A stretch of DNA of 38,929 nt from Basidioascus undulatus (taxonomy: Eukaryota): positions 1-38,929 of the forward strand of contig JTLS01000102.1 in the NCBI GenBank assembly GCA_000826855.1, read 5' to 3'. Of this stretch, positions 19,096 to 32,600 are shown one piece after another (within the stretch, counting starts at the first letter, position 1; each line of letters begins with the position of its first letter). The notes below the pieces were generated by a model that saw nothing but the letters and a program-made list of their open reading frames with translations, made no database searches and had not been told where the DNA came from. The position numbers were made by a program, and so were the translations under genes.

Positions 19096-22000
19096 ATGTC
19101 GTCCTCGGGCCTGAAGCTGTACGCGGCTTCCTTTCCGTGATGACCAGGTAGTCTGTGGCCCATTCGTATGGCTCTTAAACAGAAATCTCCGTCAACCACC
19201 TCATCAAGACTTCCTCAACGGCTTCCCCGGCATCCCGAGGCCCGACGGCAAGCCAGGGGCGACCGTAGGCGGGACGCTCGAGGTCAGCCAGTCGGCCAAG
19301 CCCGTCAAGGCGTCTTGGGCCAAGGTCGACTTCCGCAAGATTGAGTCGTTGCCGACGGGCCAACAGGTCGCTTCGAGTCTCGGATCGGCAACGCTCTGGG
19401 GGGCGCCGGGCGGGAACGAGTGGAAGGAGTTCCCTCATGGTGTGAGTCCCGACCAGTTCACAAAGGCGATAGGGGATCCTCGGGGCCTTGGGGTTGGCTT
19501 TCGTGCTGACATTTTGTTCGCATTGCAATAGTTCCGAGGCGATTTCCAGATCGCTGTTCCGGATTCCATCCCACCCTCGGTCGAGCTCCCGAAGGCAAAC
19601 ATCTATTATGAGCTGGTCGCAAGTGTCATCATCAAAACGAAGAAGTAAGCTTGATCAACCCTTCACCACATCTAGCTATTCCCTTGCTAACGCTGATGGG
19701 TGCCGCAGGGGTCTATTGCGAAAAGACGCGTCGGTATGACCTTCCGCGGTGCGATCGTGTCGGACGATGCTGAAATGAGATGGTTAGGACACTGTCCGGA
19801 TAGTTGAAAGGATCCATGTCATCAAGCACGACACGCTCTCGACGTGGCCAAGGTTCCAAAAGCCCGACACGCATCAGGTAGGCTCTTTATTTGCGCCTTT
19901 TTCAACTTCAAGTCCGTTAACCAATTCTTCCGGCCGGCAGACCGTCTCCGGCCCGATACTCGCTGTCCTTCAGCGGCCGTCGACGTGCTACCCGCCCAAC
20001 AAGGAGCTTCGCTGCTTGCTCACTCTCCGCACGTCTGGCGGCGCGCCCGTCAACGTGGCCGAAGCGTCGCTCGAACTAGTCGAGAAGGTCTCTTACAAGC
20101 TCCCGCCGGCGGCGACCGCGGCGGTGGCGAAGTCGGGCAAGAAGTTCGCTCAGCCGCCAAGCACCGAGGAAGTGCTCCAGGCCAATCCCACACCCCTGAG
20201 GGAGCGGCTGGTCCCTGGGCGGGAGCCTCGATGGGAGCTCACGCTGATAGTCCCGCCGGGTACGTTTTCATCGACGTGCTGCGGAAAGCTTTTAGTACTG
20301 AACCCATCAGAGGTAGCGGACAAACGGAGACCGACTGCGTGGGGCGCCTTTGTCAGGGTTGATCATGTCCTCCGCCTACGCGTCAAGGCCGAGGGCATGA
20401 AGGAGATCGTGCTCGAGGCGTCATGCCTGCTGACGTTGTTCGAGGAGTACGCGTTTCTATTTGCTTTGAATTTCGATTATCATTTTGACCAGCTTTGCTG
20501 TGCAGGACGGTCGAGCGAGATTTTATGCGGAAGATCCCTCCGACGGCGGTGTTTTCGCCGGCTGCGTCTTCAGCCGCGCCGTTCACGGAGCCCGGCTGCA
20601 GTCCGCCTGTCGTCACGCCCCCGCACCTCAACCTCAACACGAACGCGTTAAGCGGCGACGAGTACTTCAGCGGCGGCTTCGTCGGAGGCGGAGGCCTTGC
20701 GCCCCCTCACTCCAACGGCTTCGACCTGCCCTCGGACCGCAAGGAGCAGAACCTCTACAACGACGCGCGCGCAAGTGTTCAGCAAGCCGCGCTGCGCCCG
20801 CCGCTCCTGCAGCAGCACTCGGCGCTCAGCAATAGTAGCGGCGGGTTCTTCGTCGCGAACGCCGATCCCGACTCTGCTTCGACCCCGACGGACTACAAGG
20901 CCCCCTTCAGCAACGCGCCGGCCCCGGCCGACCCGAGCGCGCTGGACGAGAATAGGGCGTTGGCGCCGCGCGATCGCCTGCAGGCCGTTGCGACCTCCTC
21001 TGCCGCTGGCAGGAGCGACCCGCCGCCGCTGCCGCCCCCCAAGGACGCCACGCACGCGACGCCGCCTCGCTCGAACGGCACCGCGCCGTCTCCCAACTCT
21101 CCCTCGAGGAACGGCCCGGCATTCGTTGCAGCGCCTGCCCCACCGTCCGCGCCCGCGCAGCAGTTTCCTAGGACAGCCGATGAGAAGCACGCGTTCTTCG
21201 AGGCCGAGCGTCGAGTGGCAGAGGCGCACCAGCGGGCTCGTCTGCAGTCGACGCCAGACCGCGCCGCTGCGACTTCGTCGCTTGCGCAAGGCTCCTCTTC
21301 GCCCCAGCCGTCGACCACCGCGATCGCTGGCGGCTCGCGCCTGTCCGCAGCGACCGCGCCTTCCTCGTCCGCGTTCCCGAGCGCGGAGGAGGAGAAAGCC
21401 GCTCTGGCGAGGCGGTACCAGGCGGCGCAAGAGGCAGTCCGTCGCACGCACGCGAGCCAGTCCGAATCCCGCTCTTCATCGCCCCCTTACTACGCCGCTC
21501 CGCCGCCCGAGCCAGCACACACGTCGATGTACCAACCGTCTCCGCCACCGTCCAGCCCGCCGTCCGCCTCGGGCTCGCGCTTCTCCGCCGCGCCCGTCTC
21601 GTCGTTGTCGGAGTACCCGAGCGCAGAGGAAGAAAAGGCCGAGCTCAGCCGGCGGTTCGAGGAGGCGCAAGCCGCCGTAAATCGCACGCATGCGGCTGCC
21701 AATCAGCCCGTGCCGACGTCGCCGCCGTCCTACGCTGCATCCTCCGATGCCGGACATTCCTCGCGCCCGTCTGCTTCTGCAGCTGGCGCGGCCCCGACAC
21801 CGCCCGCCTCGAGTGTTGGGCACGGCTTCCCGACCGCTACGGAGGAGAAGGCTCGTTACGCGGCCGCTCTTGCGGGCGTCGAGAAAACGCTAGGGGGCGG
21901 CGCGTCGTCGAGCGCTGTGAGCGCTTACGCTACTCCGCCGCAGTCGTCCCCGCGTCTTTCTTCGTACTCGCCACCCGCGAGCCACGACGGCCATCGCGCT

Positions 22001-23157
22001 CGGACGGGACGCCAGTCGTCGGGAGTGCCGCGCGACTACGCCAACGTGCTGTCGGCTTTCCAGGCCGTGCCCAGCGTGTTGAGCCATCGGCTGTCGGCTG
22101 TGCCGCAGGGACCGGCATATACTCCACCCGCGCAAGACCAAAAGTACGTGGAATCACGCTTGCTTCTCGTCTGACTACCCGTTGACTTGGTGCTGACACC
22201 CCACCATGGCGTAGTTACCTGTACGGGCAGCAAAACGGGTTCAGCGCCTCCGCGCCGAACGGAGCAGGCGCGCCGCCGCGGTCATCATCTTCCCATTCGA
22301 CTCTACCCCCGCCACCCTCCGCGGCCGCTCCGCCCAGGGTACCGCCACTCTTGCACACCAATGTCGACGAGAAGGAGCAGATGCGGCGCTACTACGCCGC
22401 GCGGGACGCCGTCGCTGCGAACGCCGCTCTCGGCGAGGGGACTTCCAGCGCGTCGTACGGTCCTCCGGGCTACGACGCGCCGCCACCGGGCCCGCCGCCA
22501 GGTGACGACGACGGGCCGCCGGCGTTCGCTGGCGGTTTCGTCGCCCCGATGATGGCAGCGGACGAGAAGGCGCGTCTGGCGGCGCGCGACCGCGAGGAAG
22601 TCGAGTCCTCCGCCGCAGGTCCACCATCGGCATACGCCGGCCAGGCGTCGCCTGTCCTGGGCTCGGCTGCACCGTCCGCGCACGCATCGGATTTCGACGC
22701 ACCTTTCGTTACTTCGCCTCTCGACATGCACCCTCCAGCGAGCGCACCGTCCTGCCACAACGGCTCGTACTCCGCCGAGCAGCACTCCTTCCAGCTTGCT
22801 ATGTCGTCCGCCTTTCAGAATGCGACTCCGGCGGACGTCCCCCGCAATTCGCCTTCTCCTTCGCCTCCTGGCTCGCCCGAGACCTTCCTTCGTCGGGACC
22901 CGACCATTAGTCTCGGTACGTCGTGTCTTGCCGTCGTTGCCGTCGCATCTCTAACTCACATCCATTTGCATTCAGGCAAACGTCCCGCTCGTCACTCACC
23001 CTCGCCTCCTCCGGAGATGCCGGCGTTGCCGAGCATGCCTCCTCCTCGCCCCGCGAAGCCGCGAGAGTACCAGGTGGAGCTGCGCCCCGTCTCACCATTC
23101 AGTCTCGGGACCGAGTTTCAGAGCCTCAGTTCCTTCGCCGCGTCTGACAATCGTTGA
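19096..23157 (+). CDS. Arrestin-fold-like N-terminal domain protein with long Pro/Ser/Ala-rich tail, PY-like motifs and EEK helical repeats
   Basis: Spliced MSSSGLKLNLRQPPHQDFLNGFPGIP...VGGTLEV...VKASWAKVDFRKIESL...DFQIAVPDSIPPSVEL...IYYELVASV...KHDTLSTWP...VRVDHVLRLRVK, a beta-sandwich/arrestin-like pattern. Long exons 20495-22144 and ~22214-23157 follow; stop at 23155-23157. Start codon inferred. Confidence 0.78.
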
Positions 23158-23302
23158 AATCTTAGCTCGTCCTTGCTTTATGTACATGCGGTCCTGTTCG
23201 ATACCAGACACGATCCTTTTAATTCACACCCTTGATGCTGTTGTGCACAAGACGCAAACGGTTGCAGACTGTCGTGAGAGTCTGCAAGGTTGCATTGTCC
23301 GG

Positions 23303-26284
23303 TCACTCAACATCCTCTTCCTCCACTTCCTCTTCTGAGCCACTTTCACTGCCTTCCTCGCTCTCACTGGGCAGCACGTCCTTGCTGCGCTCGTCGCCGC
23401 TTCCTCTGCGAGCCATCCCCTCGGCCCCCAAGCCGAGCGCCAGGTTCGACGAGCTGAAGCTGCGTGAGCCGTACGGACCGCCGCCTGTCGTGCCGACAGG
23501 TGCGAACAGCGTGGGTGGCGCTGCGGGTACTGCCGATGTCGAGACCGTGCGGAGGGTGAACGGGAGCGGGTTCGGGTTCGAAGGCGTATGAGGCGAGAGG
23601 GTAGGTCGACGCAGGCTAAGAGAGTTGGTTCGGACATGCGACTGCGGCTTCTGCTGGGGGGACGTGGACGAGGGCGATCTCCTAAGACTGGATGGCGACG
23701 AAGGCGACGAGCGCGCGACGGCCTCGCCGAACGTGAGCAGCGCGGGAGATGGCGGACGCGTTGACTGCGGTGTGTGCCCTGCGCCGAATAGTGAAGCTGA
23801 CCAGCTCGTCCAGCCCGGGCTGGTTACTGCTGTGGTATCCACGGCGGGGGCGTTCGGCTGAGTGGCGGGCACGTCGGAGGACGTCCGTCCCGTCTCGGCA
23901 GTCTCCGCCATGTCCTCTAGCGCTTTTTGCAAAGTGCCAATGTCCGAGACGATGTCCTCCAGCCGACGCTCGAACGAGGCGACGCCGCGGCCGCCGACAT
24001 GCGAGAGACCGAGGCCGAGCCCAACGCCTGCGTCGCTGAAGGCATCCCCTACGCGCCGGGCGCGCTCTTCGTCTGCGATGCGAATCTGTGAAATAAATGA
24101 ATGGTTAGGTTCTACGTTTAAACGATGAAGATTAGACAGCCAAAACGACGACGCACCTCGAGCTCGACACGGGCGTCTTCCACGACGTCGTCCAGGCGCA
24201 GCACGGCCGCGTGCAGCGAGGACAGGAGTGGCGGCGCCGACGCCGACGGCGGGAAGAGCGACGACGACTTTAGCTTCTCGAGCGCGTGGGAGCACGAGTT
24301 GAACGATGGCTGCAGGGAGGTGAACGGCGAGATAGAGAGAGGTGGACGGGGCGCCGGCGGTGCAGAAAGCTCAGCTAGAAGCGTGGGCGGCGAGGATGGT
24401 GGGGATGTGAGGACGATTGCTGCGGGTGGTTGTGGAGGAGGGGATGAGGTGGCGGGGGAGGTGGCGGAGAGGTCGGGTGTAGGCGCGGGCGACGGCTCAG
24501 GTGTGGGACCGTGGTCGATGAGCGACGACGGCGAGTCTCGCGCGGTGGGCTCGTCGATGGTCGGAGGGGAGAGTGAGGGAGGACCAGGTCGGGTGGGAGG
24601 ACAGAATGCGAACGGTGGAGGATCATTGTAGTGCTCGGCGGTGCGAACAGGAGAAGCTGCGTGCGGTTTCGGCGGTGGTGGCGGCGGCGGGGAGACCCTG
24701 CCGTCTGGCCCTCCCTCATCACTAGCCTCATCGCCAGCCTCATCGAGAGCAGCGTCCTCTTCCTCCAGCTCCCGGCCCAGCCACTTCAAACGCTCCCGTT
24801 CCAGCTCTACTCTCTTCTCGGACTCCCTCTCCAGGTCCTCCGCGAGTCGCTGAGCCGTTTCTTCGGCGAGGACGACGCGCGCCAAGCTTGCGGAAGGCCG
24901 TGCAGGGAGGTCGGCGTTCCCGTCCAAGATACGGCGCGCCACCTCAGGCTCGTCGCGCTCGAGCGCCTCGCACAGCGCCTCCTCTCGTCGGAGCAGCGAC
25001 AGCCGGACGGCAACTTCCCGTCGCCGCCCGGCAGCTTCGCGCGCGAGGTCGAGCGAGGCGACGTCTAGCGCTGTGCGCAGACGTGCGGACTGCGAGCGCG
25101 CACAAGAGAGAGACCGCGAGAGCTCGGATATCCGGTTCTGGAGGGTGGAGAGCGTTGCGGCGTGTCGGGTGCGGAGAGAATCGAGGAGCGCTTGTTGTGC
25201 AGTCGAGGCTTGTTGAGAGAACGTCCTGCGAGCGTCGGACAACTTGTATCAGGACCGCTCCGGGGACGTTATGAAGGTCAAGGGGTGCGTACATGTATTC
25301 CTGAATCAAACCCCGAACAACCGTCTCCTCGGCCAGATTTGCATGCCTCTCCGCCCGTTCCCGGACCGCCTGGTCCCTCTCTGTCGAGCTCGCCTCCCAC
25401 TCGACCTTGAGGAGCCTGTCCTTGTCCTCCAGCGTCTCACGAAGCGCCTCGATCTCCTTCTCCAACCGCGCCGTCTCCTCAGCGGACTCTGACAAAAGCC
25501 GCGTTAGCCCAGTTCGTCCTGCAGAGAGGTTCGCGAGCGCCTCCTGCGAAGGCGTGGAAGGAGTAGAGGGCAGCGGGGTCGGCGGGAAGGAGGTAGACGT
25601 CCGAGGCTGGGACGACGTGGACGTGCGCGTCTCGAGGTCGCGGACGACCTGCGCGTATTGCTTGAGGACGAGGTCGAGCAGCTTCTGATCCTCCTCCATC
25701 CGGCGGCGCTTCTCGCGCTCCGCCCGCGCCTCCTCCCGCGCTTCTGCGGTCTCGCGTCGCGCGCCCTCAAGCGCTTCACGCTCGAGCTCGGCGGTCGTAT
25801 ACGCTCGAGTGAGAGCGCCTTGGGCTCGGGCAAGCTCCACCGACCGCTGCTCGAGCTCGGCAGACGTGGACTCGAGGAGGGAAGACGTTCGCGTGAGCTC
25901 GAGCTGCAGGTGCGAGATGGTTGCCGGATCGGGCGGAGGAAGTGTGGAAGGGTTTGTCCTGTCGACCATCTAGACATTAGTACGCTCCGAGCGCTTCAAC
26001 CCAGCAATAGAAGATTTACCGGAGGACGGCCAGCTCCTGCAACAGCGTCTCATTCTGCTTCTCCAGTGCTTCGATCCGGTCTTGTGCGAAGGAGGCCTCC
26101 AGCGTCCTTCCCTGCTCTCCAGGACCATAAGATTTCACAAAATATACTGCTTCTCTCCGCATAAGCATACCTGTAGCTGAATGCTCGACTGGTGGGCAGC
26201 GGTCTGATACGACTCGAGCGAAGACCAGAGAGAAGCGAGCTCGACCGCCAGCGGATGGCCCGGAAGCGGTAGCGTCGGCGCCAT
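23303..26284 (-). CDS. Coiled-coil hypothetical protein (~5 exons) with Pro/Ser-rich linker and acidic tail
   Basis: ATG at 26284 (MAPTLPLPGHPLAVELASL...QSSIQLQ). Long heptad exons (DLVLKQYAQVVRDLE, EYM|TFSQQAST, REAAGRRREVAVRL, RLDDVVEDARVELE|IRIADEER) are joined by GT-AG introns. Stop at 23303. Confidence 0.8.
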
Positions 26285-26664
26285 CGACGGACGGGGCTTG
26301 ATTCAGGGTATCAACTCGAATGCCGGGGTATATTGTCCGATGGGAGAATACGAGGAAGGTCGATAATGTAGCAGAAGCGTCGCGGAAGTTGGCGGAGGGA
26401 AGACGCTGAACGGTGCCTGAGCTCCAAGCCTGAGAATGACACGTGCTCGCTTGCTTGCTGGCAGCCCGTAGCACAACCGCTGTAGTTTTCTCTGTTGCAG
26501 CTCACTAGTTGAAGATGCAACACAACTTCCATCGCTTCTTTGAGGCATTGGGTTCGAGTATGAACCCAGTTAACCACGCACATGGCTGCGTATTGTCGAT
26601 AACGCAGAGTAGTCGCAGACACACAATTCGAAACTGCGCAGGCATGCGATCGTCCAAGAGAAGT

Positions 26665-29600
26665 CTACAGTTGCATTTCGACGAGCTACATCCAGAAAGA
26701 CCTCTTAGCGACCGATTGAAAATGCTCGAACGTCATTATCTCTCACCTCAAAGTACCGACCCCTCCGAGCGAGCAACTCGGCGTGCGACCCTGTCTCGAC
26801 GATCCGACCGCCATCGACAACACAAATCACGTCTGCGCCGCGGATAGTGCTCAAGCGGTGCGCCTGTTGAAGATGTTATGAAGACAAAATGAATGCGTTA
26901 GATATGCTCATGTTTCCTAGAGAAAAGCCTTACGATAGTGATTGTTGTCCGCCCCACGGCTGCGCGGTCGAGCGCCGCTTGCACAAGAACTTCCGCTTCG
27001 ATATCGAGGGCCTGCGGAAACCCGTGCCATTAGCAAACGACCGCCGGAATAATAGATGATTGGTGTACGGAAGTCGCTTCGTCAAGCTGGGGATGTCCCA
27101 CAGCCGGTCAGTCAACGGTTTCCTTTGCGCGCGAACTGCGAGACTCACAAGCAAGATCTGCGGCTTCCTCAAAAGCGCGCGAGCGATGCAAAGACGCTGT
27201 GAAGACAAATAAAGATCTCATCATAGAAGTCCTGCTTTGAAAACAGCGGATGAAAGTGGGAGCGCACCTGGCGCTGCCCGCCGGACATCTGCGAACCCTT
27301 GATGCCGATCTGGGTGTCGAAGCCCTGCGGCAGGCCCTGAATGAAATCGAGGATAGCCGCTTGCTCGCATGCCTCCTCGAGTTCCTGCTGCGTGACTGTT
27401 CCCACCGCCCCGAGCTCGAGATTGTACCGCACCTGACAGTCACGAGATCGTCAGATGCATGAGTCAAGGCAGGTCGAGCGCGGAAACACGCACAGTACCC
27501 TCTGCAGAGGGGCGGGGTAGGACGGGTGAGAAAATGACTAGCTTCGAACAGAGTACCGGAAGGCTTACCATACAGCACCGGATCCTGGCTAACCAGGCCG
27601 ATGCGAGCGCGGTGTTCCTCGAGCGAGACGGACCGAATGTCCTGCCCACCGATACTGATGGATCCGGCCGCGGTTTCATAGAACCGCATCAGCAGCGCGA
27701 GCACGCTCGACTTTCCGCTTCCAGACGGGCCTATTCGACAGGTCCATCTAGGTCAGCGGTGGTACGTATTAGGAGCGTTAAGCAAGCGGACACACCGCAG
27801 AACGCGATGGTCTGCCCTTCCTTGACTTGCAGCGAAAAGTCGGACAGAGCGGGACGTTGAAGTCGTGTAGGGTAGCGCAGCGTGACGGAGTCGAAGATGA
27901 TGTCTTCGGCTTCCTTCGAGGACGAAGGCGAAGGAGGAAGCGACGCAAAGAGTGGCCTGCGATCTTGCCAGTACGCGATGGCCTTGAACGAGTGAACGGC
28001 ACGGGAGACATCGCCAATGAAGGTGCTGCACGTATTTGGCTTCAGTATGCGCCACGGATGATATGACAGCGAGCCGGGACTAACAAGATGCGAGCACCAG
28101 CAAATGTGGCGATCGCCGTCGCCTCGAAAGTAGCGTACAGCGCTGTGGTGTCGATGAGATCCCGTGCGAACAGCTCGCCGCCCCAGTACTGACAAAATTG
28201 TCGGATTGAGTCCCGTCCAGCTATGGCGCATCGGGTATCGGGCAACTCACGAAGATCAGGGCGCAGACGAAGAAGACGATCGCTTGGGAGCCCTACACGA
28301 CAGCGGAAAGAAGAGTCAGCTTGCTATAGTCAATCTTGACCGGTCCTGCGCATACCCCAAAGGCGGCTGAGCCGGAGACGAGGAGGCGTGTCTCATTCGG
28401 TTCGGGCTGTTGACGACGTTGAAAGGATTCGAGGACTAGGCGCTCACGTCCGAACGCTGCGACGGTCTGCGAATGATGAATGGGAGTGAGCTTCAGCGGT
28501 GTGCACGGAAACAGTTGATTGAACGCACCTTGACAGCGTCAACGTTCTCCGTCGCAAATGAAGTTGCCTAGCATGAATAAACTTTCAGCTAAGCTGGAAA
28601 ACTGATCATCGCAGGAAACGGAGCGCACTCTGCTGACGGGTTGTTCGCTGACGTGCTCAAACCGCTCTAGAAGCGCGGTGTTTCCCCAGGCGAGGGGAAT
28701 GAAAAGAACGAGCGGGCACAGCGAGACGACTGCGAGTCGCCAGGAGAGGACGAGGGCCATGATCGTGCTCCCGACGAGACTACGAATACATCGTCAGAAA
28801 ATGCGAGGCAGCCTAATTAGACACGAAGTACTCACTTGCACGCGGAGATGAGCAGTTGACCTAGGACCAAACCAAGGCAGGCCGCGACTTGCGAAGGATG
28901 ATTAGCTACCGCGGCCGTAAGGGCGCCGGCGCCATTGTCCTCCCGTTCGAAGAAGCCGATTTCCTGATCACGCCATCCGTTCTTCTGAATTCCCGTCGAG
29001 ATGGGTAAGACAAAGAGCGCACCTGGCGGATAATCGCGGACAGCCCGTCCCGGCGCAGTCGACGCGTGAGGCGCTCAGCGCCATTCTCGAGGAACAGGCC
29101 ATGGAAGAGGCACAGCACGAGCACGCCTGTCCGAACGACCACCGTCAGGGGATAATGATGTGCATAATGTGCGTTGATACGCACCGGCAGCCATGATCGT
29201 ATAATACAGCGCCCACAGATTGGCTTCGTGCCGCAGTTGACGGGGATCAGGCAAGCTCAGCGACTCGATGGTCGTACCGGTCATCTGAGAATGAAAAGCT
29301 CAGTCCGTTTTCGTGAAGCTCCGATGCTTGGAAACTGGCCAAAAGGACACATACGTAGCCCGCTACCGGGAAGGTCGCCCCTCTGTGACCGAGGAACGAT
29401 CAGAGACCAAACAATCGAGATAACTTGCAGCATCTCTACTCACACGACGATAGCAGCGAGGCTGCCGAACAAGAGCCAGGTCCACTGCGCCTTTAAGTAG
29501 CGCCAGAAGCGTGCCAGCAGCGCGCGAGCGGGAGCGTCCGATTCACGATCGGACGGTGCTGCGGCCGGTGCATCGGCTACCTCAGCCGCGGCGATGGTAG

Positions 29601-32600
29601 AGGAGAACTTGGACTGCGTTGAAGATCCGCATGAAGTGGTACGAAGGGGGTGAATAGCGGGTGTGGACATGACGACGGCGGTCCGAGACGAGCTGCGGCG
29701 CGAAAGGGTATGCTCTGGCAGGCTTGGCACCGCGTCCTTGCCCTCATCCTCCGGCGCATCCGACGTATCCGGTGCCGCTTCCTCGATCCCTCTGCGCTGC
29801 CTCTCTACAAGTTGGAAGAACGCGCCCTGGCGGGGTATGAGCTCGTCCCAGCTGCCCTCCTCGAGCTTGCGGCCGTTCTCCATGACGATGATCGAGTCCG
29901 CGTCGCGCACGGTCGATAAGCGATGCGCGATGAGGCTGATGGCCAGAAAGGTCAGGTCTGCTTCTGTGCAAAAGCCTTTCAAGTTAAATGAAACCGCACA
30001 TGACCGTCATGCCGTACTTGGCCTGCTCCTCGTTGACGGCGTCCTGCAAGCGCTTCTCGGTCTTGGAGTCAAGCGCCGACGTCCCTTGTACAAGAGCAGC
30101 ACATGTTGTCAGCACATGTACCAGCTCGATGAGCATGCGGTTTAACTCACCCTCGTCCAAGATCAACACAGCCGGTCGGCGGACTAGCGCACGCGCGACT
30201 GCGACCCGCTGTCGCTGCCCACCGCTGAGCACGCCTGTCCGGGCGCCGGTGACGGGTGTATCAAGGCCTTGAGGCAGCTTGAGCACGAAATCAAGCGCTT
30301 GCGCCTTCTCGAGCGCGTCGCGACAGAGCTGCCGGACCGTCTCCGCTCGCTCGCTTCCGGGTCGGTCGACGTCAGGACGATACTCGAGCGCGGTGCCTGT
30401 GAGGCCGACAGCAACGTTCTCGAGGATCGTGCCATTGAAAAGCTGAGGGTCCTGCTGAATTACCGCGCTGCGAATTGGCAGTCGAAGGTCAGAAAAGTAG
30501 TGAGCCGTTGACACAATGGGGACGAACATCTGCGAAAGCGGGTTGCATGTCAGCCTGAAAGCAGCACGCAGTTCGAAATGGACTCACTTGAGACCGCAGC
30601 CAAGAGACGTTCAGATCGCGCAACGGCACGCCGTTGAAGAAAATCTCGCCAGCAGAGAGCTTGTCGGAAGGCGGTTCAAGATCGTACTGCCGCAGGAGGA
30701 GACTAAAAGAATGGAGGTGCGGATGCTCGTGATGGGTCACAAAACATTTCGACATGGAAGAAACGCCTACCTCGCAGCAGTGGATTTCCCAGATCCCGAA
30801 GCTGGTTAAAATTGAAGCGCATGTATCAGTAGGTCGATCTCAGGATGGATCGTGCCGCGGTTAGGCGTACCTCCTACGATGGCCGTGACCTTCCCTCGCG
30901 GGAAGAGTAGCGATACCCCGTCAAGCGAGCGCACGTGCGGACGAGACGGATACGAGAACGATACGTCCCGGAGCTCGATGTCAGCGCCGGGAAGCGTTTT
31001 CTCGCCGGAGCCGGCGATGACGCCAGACGTGTCGCGAGCGTCGATAGCAGACGGCCGTTCGATTTCTGCCTTAATACGACTCTGTGCAGAGCTGGGGGAA
31101 GAAAAATGAGGAATGAGGAACGCGTTGAGAGGAAGATGGAGGGGGAGGATTGCCATACATGCTCTCCAGCAGGACCGAAATGTGGGGCAAGATGGCAACG
31201 ACCGAGAAGAGCGCGTTGAAAACGCTGAAGAAGGCGGTCTAGTTTTGGAACACGTCGGTTTGAGCATCCAGTGTTCAAACGTTTTCGGGATGGACACTTA
31301 CAGCAAGGTCGCCTGCGTGAAGCCAAGCCAGTCAGCCGTGCCGATCCTTAAGCCTGCTCTGTCGTCTGGTCTTGCTTACCAATGGAGAGGCCAGCTTCCA
31401 CAATCTGCCTGCTTCCATACCAGACTGCACGAACGACTTCAGCAAGCGCAGGAGAGATACATGTTGCGTGAGAAGAGACGTACAGGCAAGAGCGTAGCTT
31501 GTAAAGAGCGAAAAGTACTGCGCGAGCAGGGTTATACGGCGTTATCACCTTTTAACACAGTTCAGACAAGCGCACCATCGTCGATAGCTGAGGGATACGA
31601 GAGATGAGCTACTTCGGAGGGGCACTGGCATTCTACGAGACGCACCTCAAATCCTTTGTACAGAGACTAAGAGTATCGGATCAGTCTCGGCTCAATTCTT
31701 CCATCAAGTCAAACAAACCTTGAAGAATCCCGCGGTCTCAATCTGCAGATACACTTTGATCAGCTCGGCAAGTAACCGGCTCGATCTCACCGCAGCTCAC
31801 CTCGCGCAGATGGTTGTCGTACGTCCGGAGCAAACCCTTCTCCGCTGCAAACGCGTGCACGATACGGATGCTGCTGAGTACTTGCTCGACGAATGAACTT
31901 GCCTTGCCCTCTACCCGACTGGAACGGTTGGAGACCTTGTCGCCCAGGAAGCCGGCAGCGCCGAATCTACGGAGAGGTAAAGAGCATCGTGAGACATAAG
32001 CGTAACTTCATTCATGAACCTACATGTTACGCACAGGATTAAGGCGAAGGGGATGATAGATATCAAGACACCCGCAAGACGAGGCGCTTTCACAAATGCG
32101 ACGATGACTGGACAAAAATCTGGTCAGGCGGACTTCCGAGTCACTCGGCCCAATGATCCTCCGACTCACTGCCAGCGAGAAACGTCACAAAGCTGCAACA
32201 CAACCGGCGAGTAAGCAATCTACATAGACTCGAGGTGTAGCGAGCGTCATGGCTCACCTCATGGCGAACAGCCCGGCTTTCTCCCCGACTCCCGCCTTCA
32301 CCAGTCCCACATCACGCGTCATGCGATTGGCGACCTCTGAGAGCCGAAGAATGTCAGGACGACATCCAGACCAATGAGCTGCATGCGAGCGGATTCTTGC
32401 CTCCAGGGCCAACATCGTCAAAGAAGGCCGCGTCCTGGTACAGGACTGCTGCGAGGTAGGCAGTTCTGATCCGAATGCAGATGCGCGCAGACGCAGCAGT
32501 GACTGCATGCCGGGCGGCGTCAGTCACAGTTCTCTCGAGTTGCAGGTACGGACGTACAGCATGTCCAGAAGATCGTGCTAAAAATCAAGGACCCGATCGC

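Noticed and set aside
20648..25977. Many long overlapping Arg/Gly/Ala-rich ORFs on alternate frames and strands
   Set aside because: Expected stop-codon scarcity in high-GC coding DNA; explained by the two real genes.
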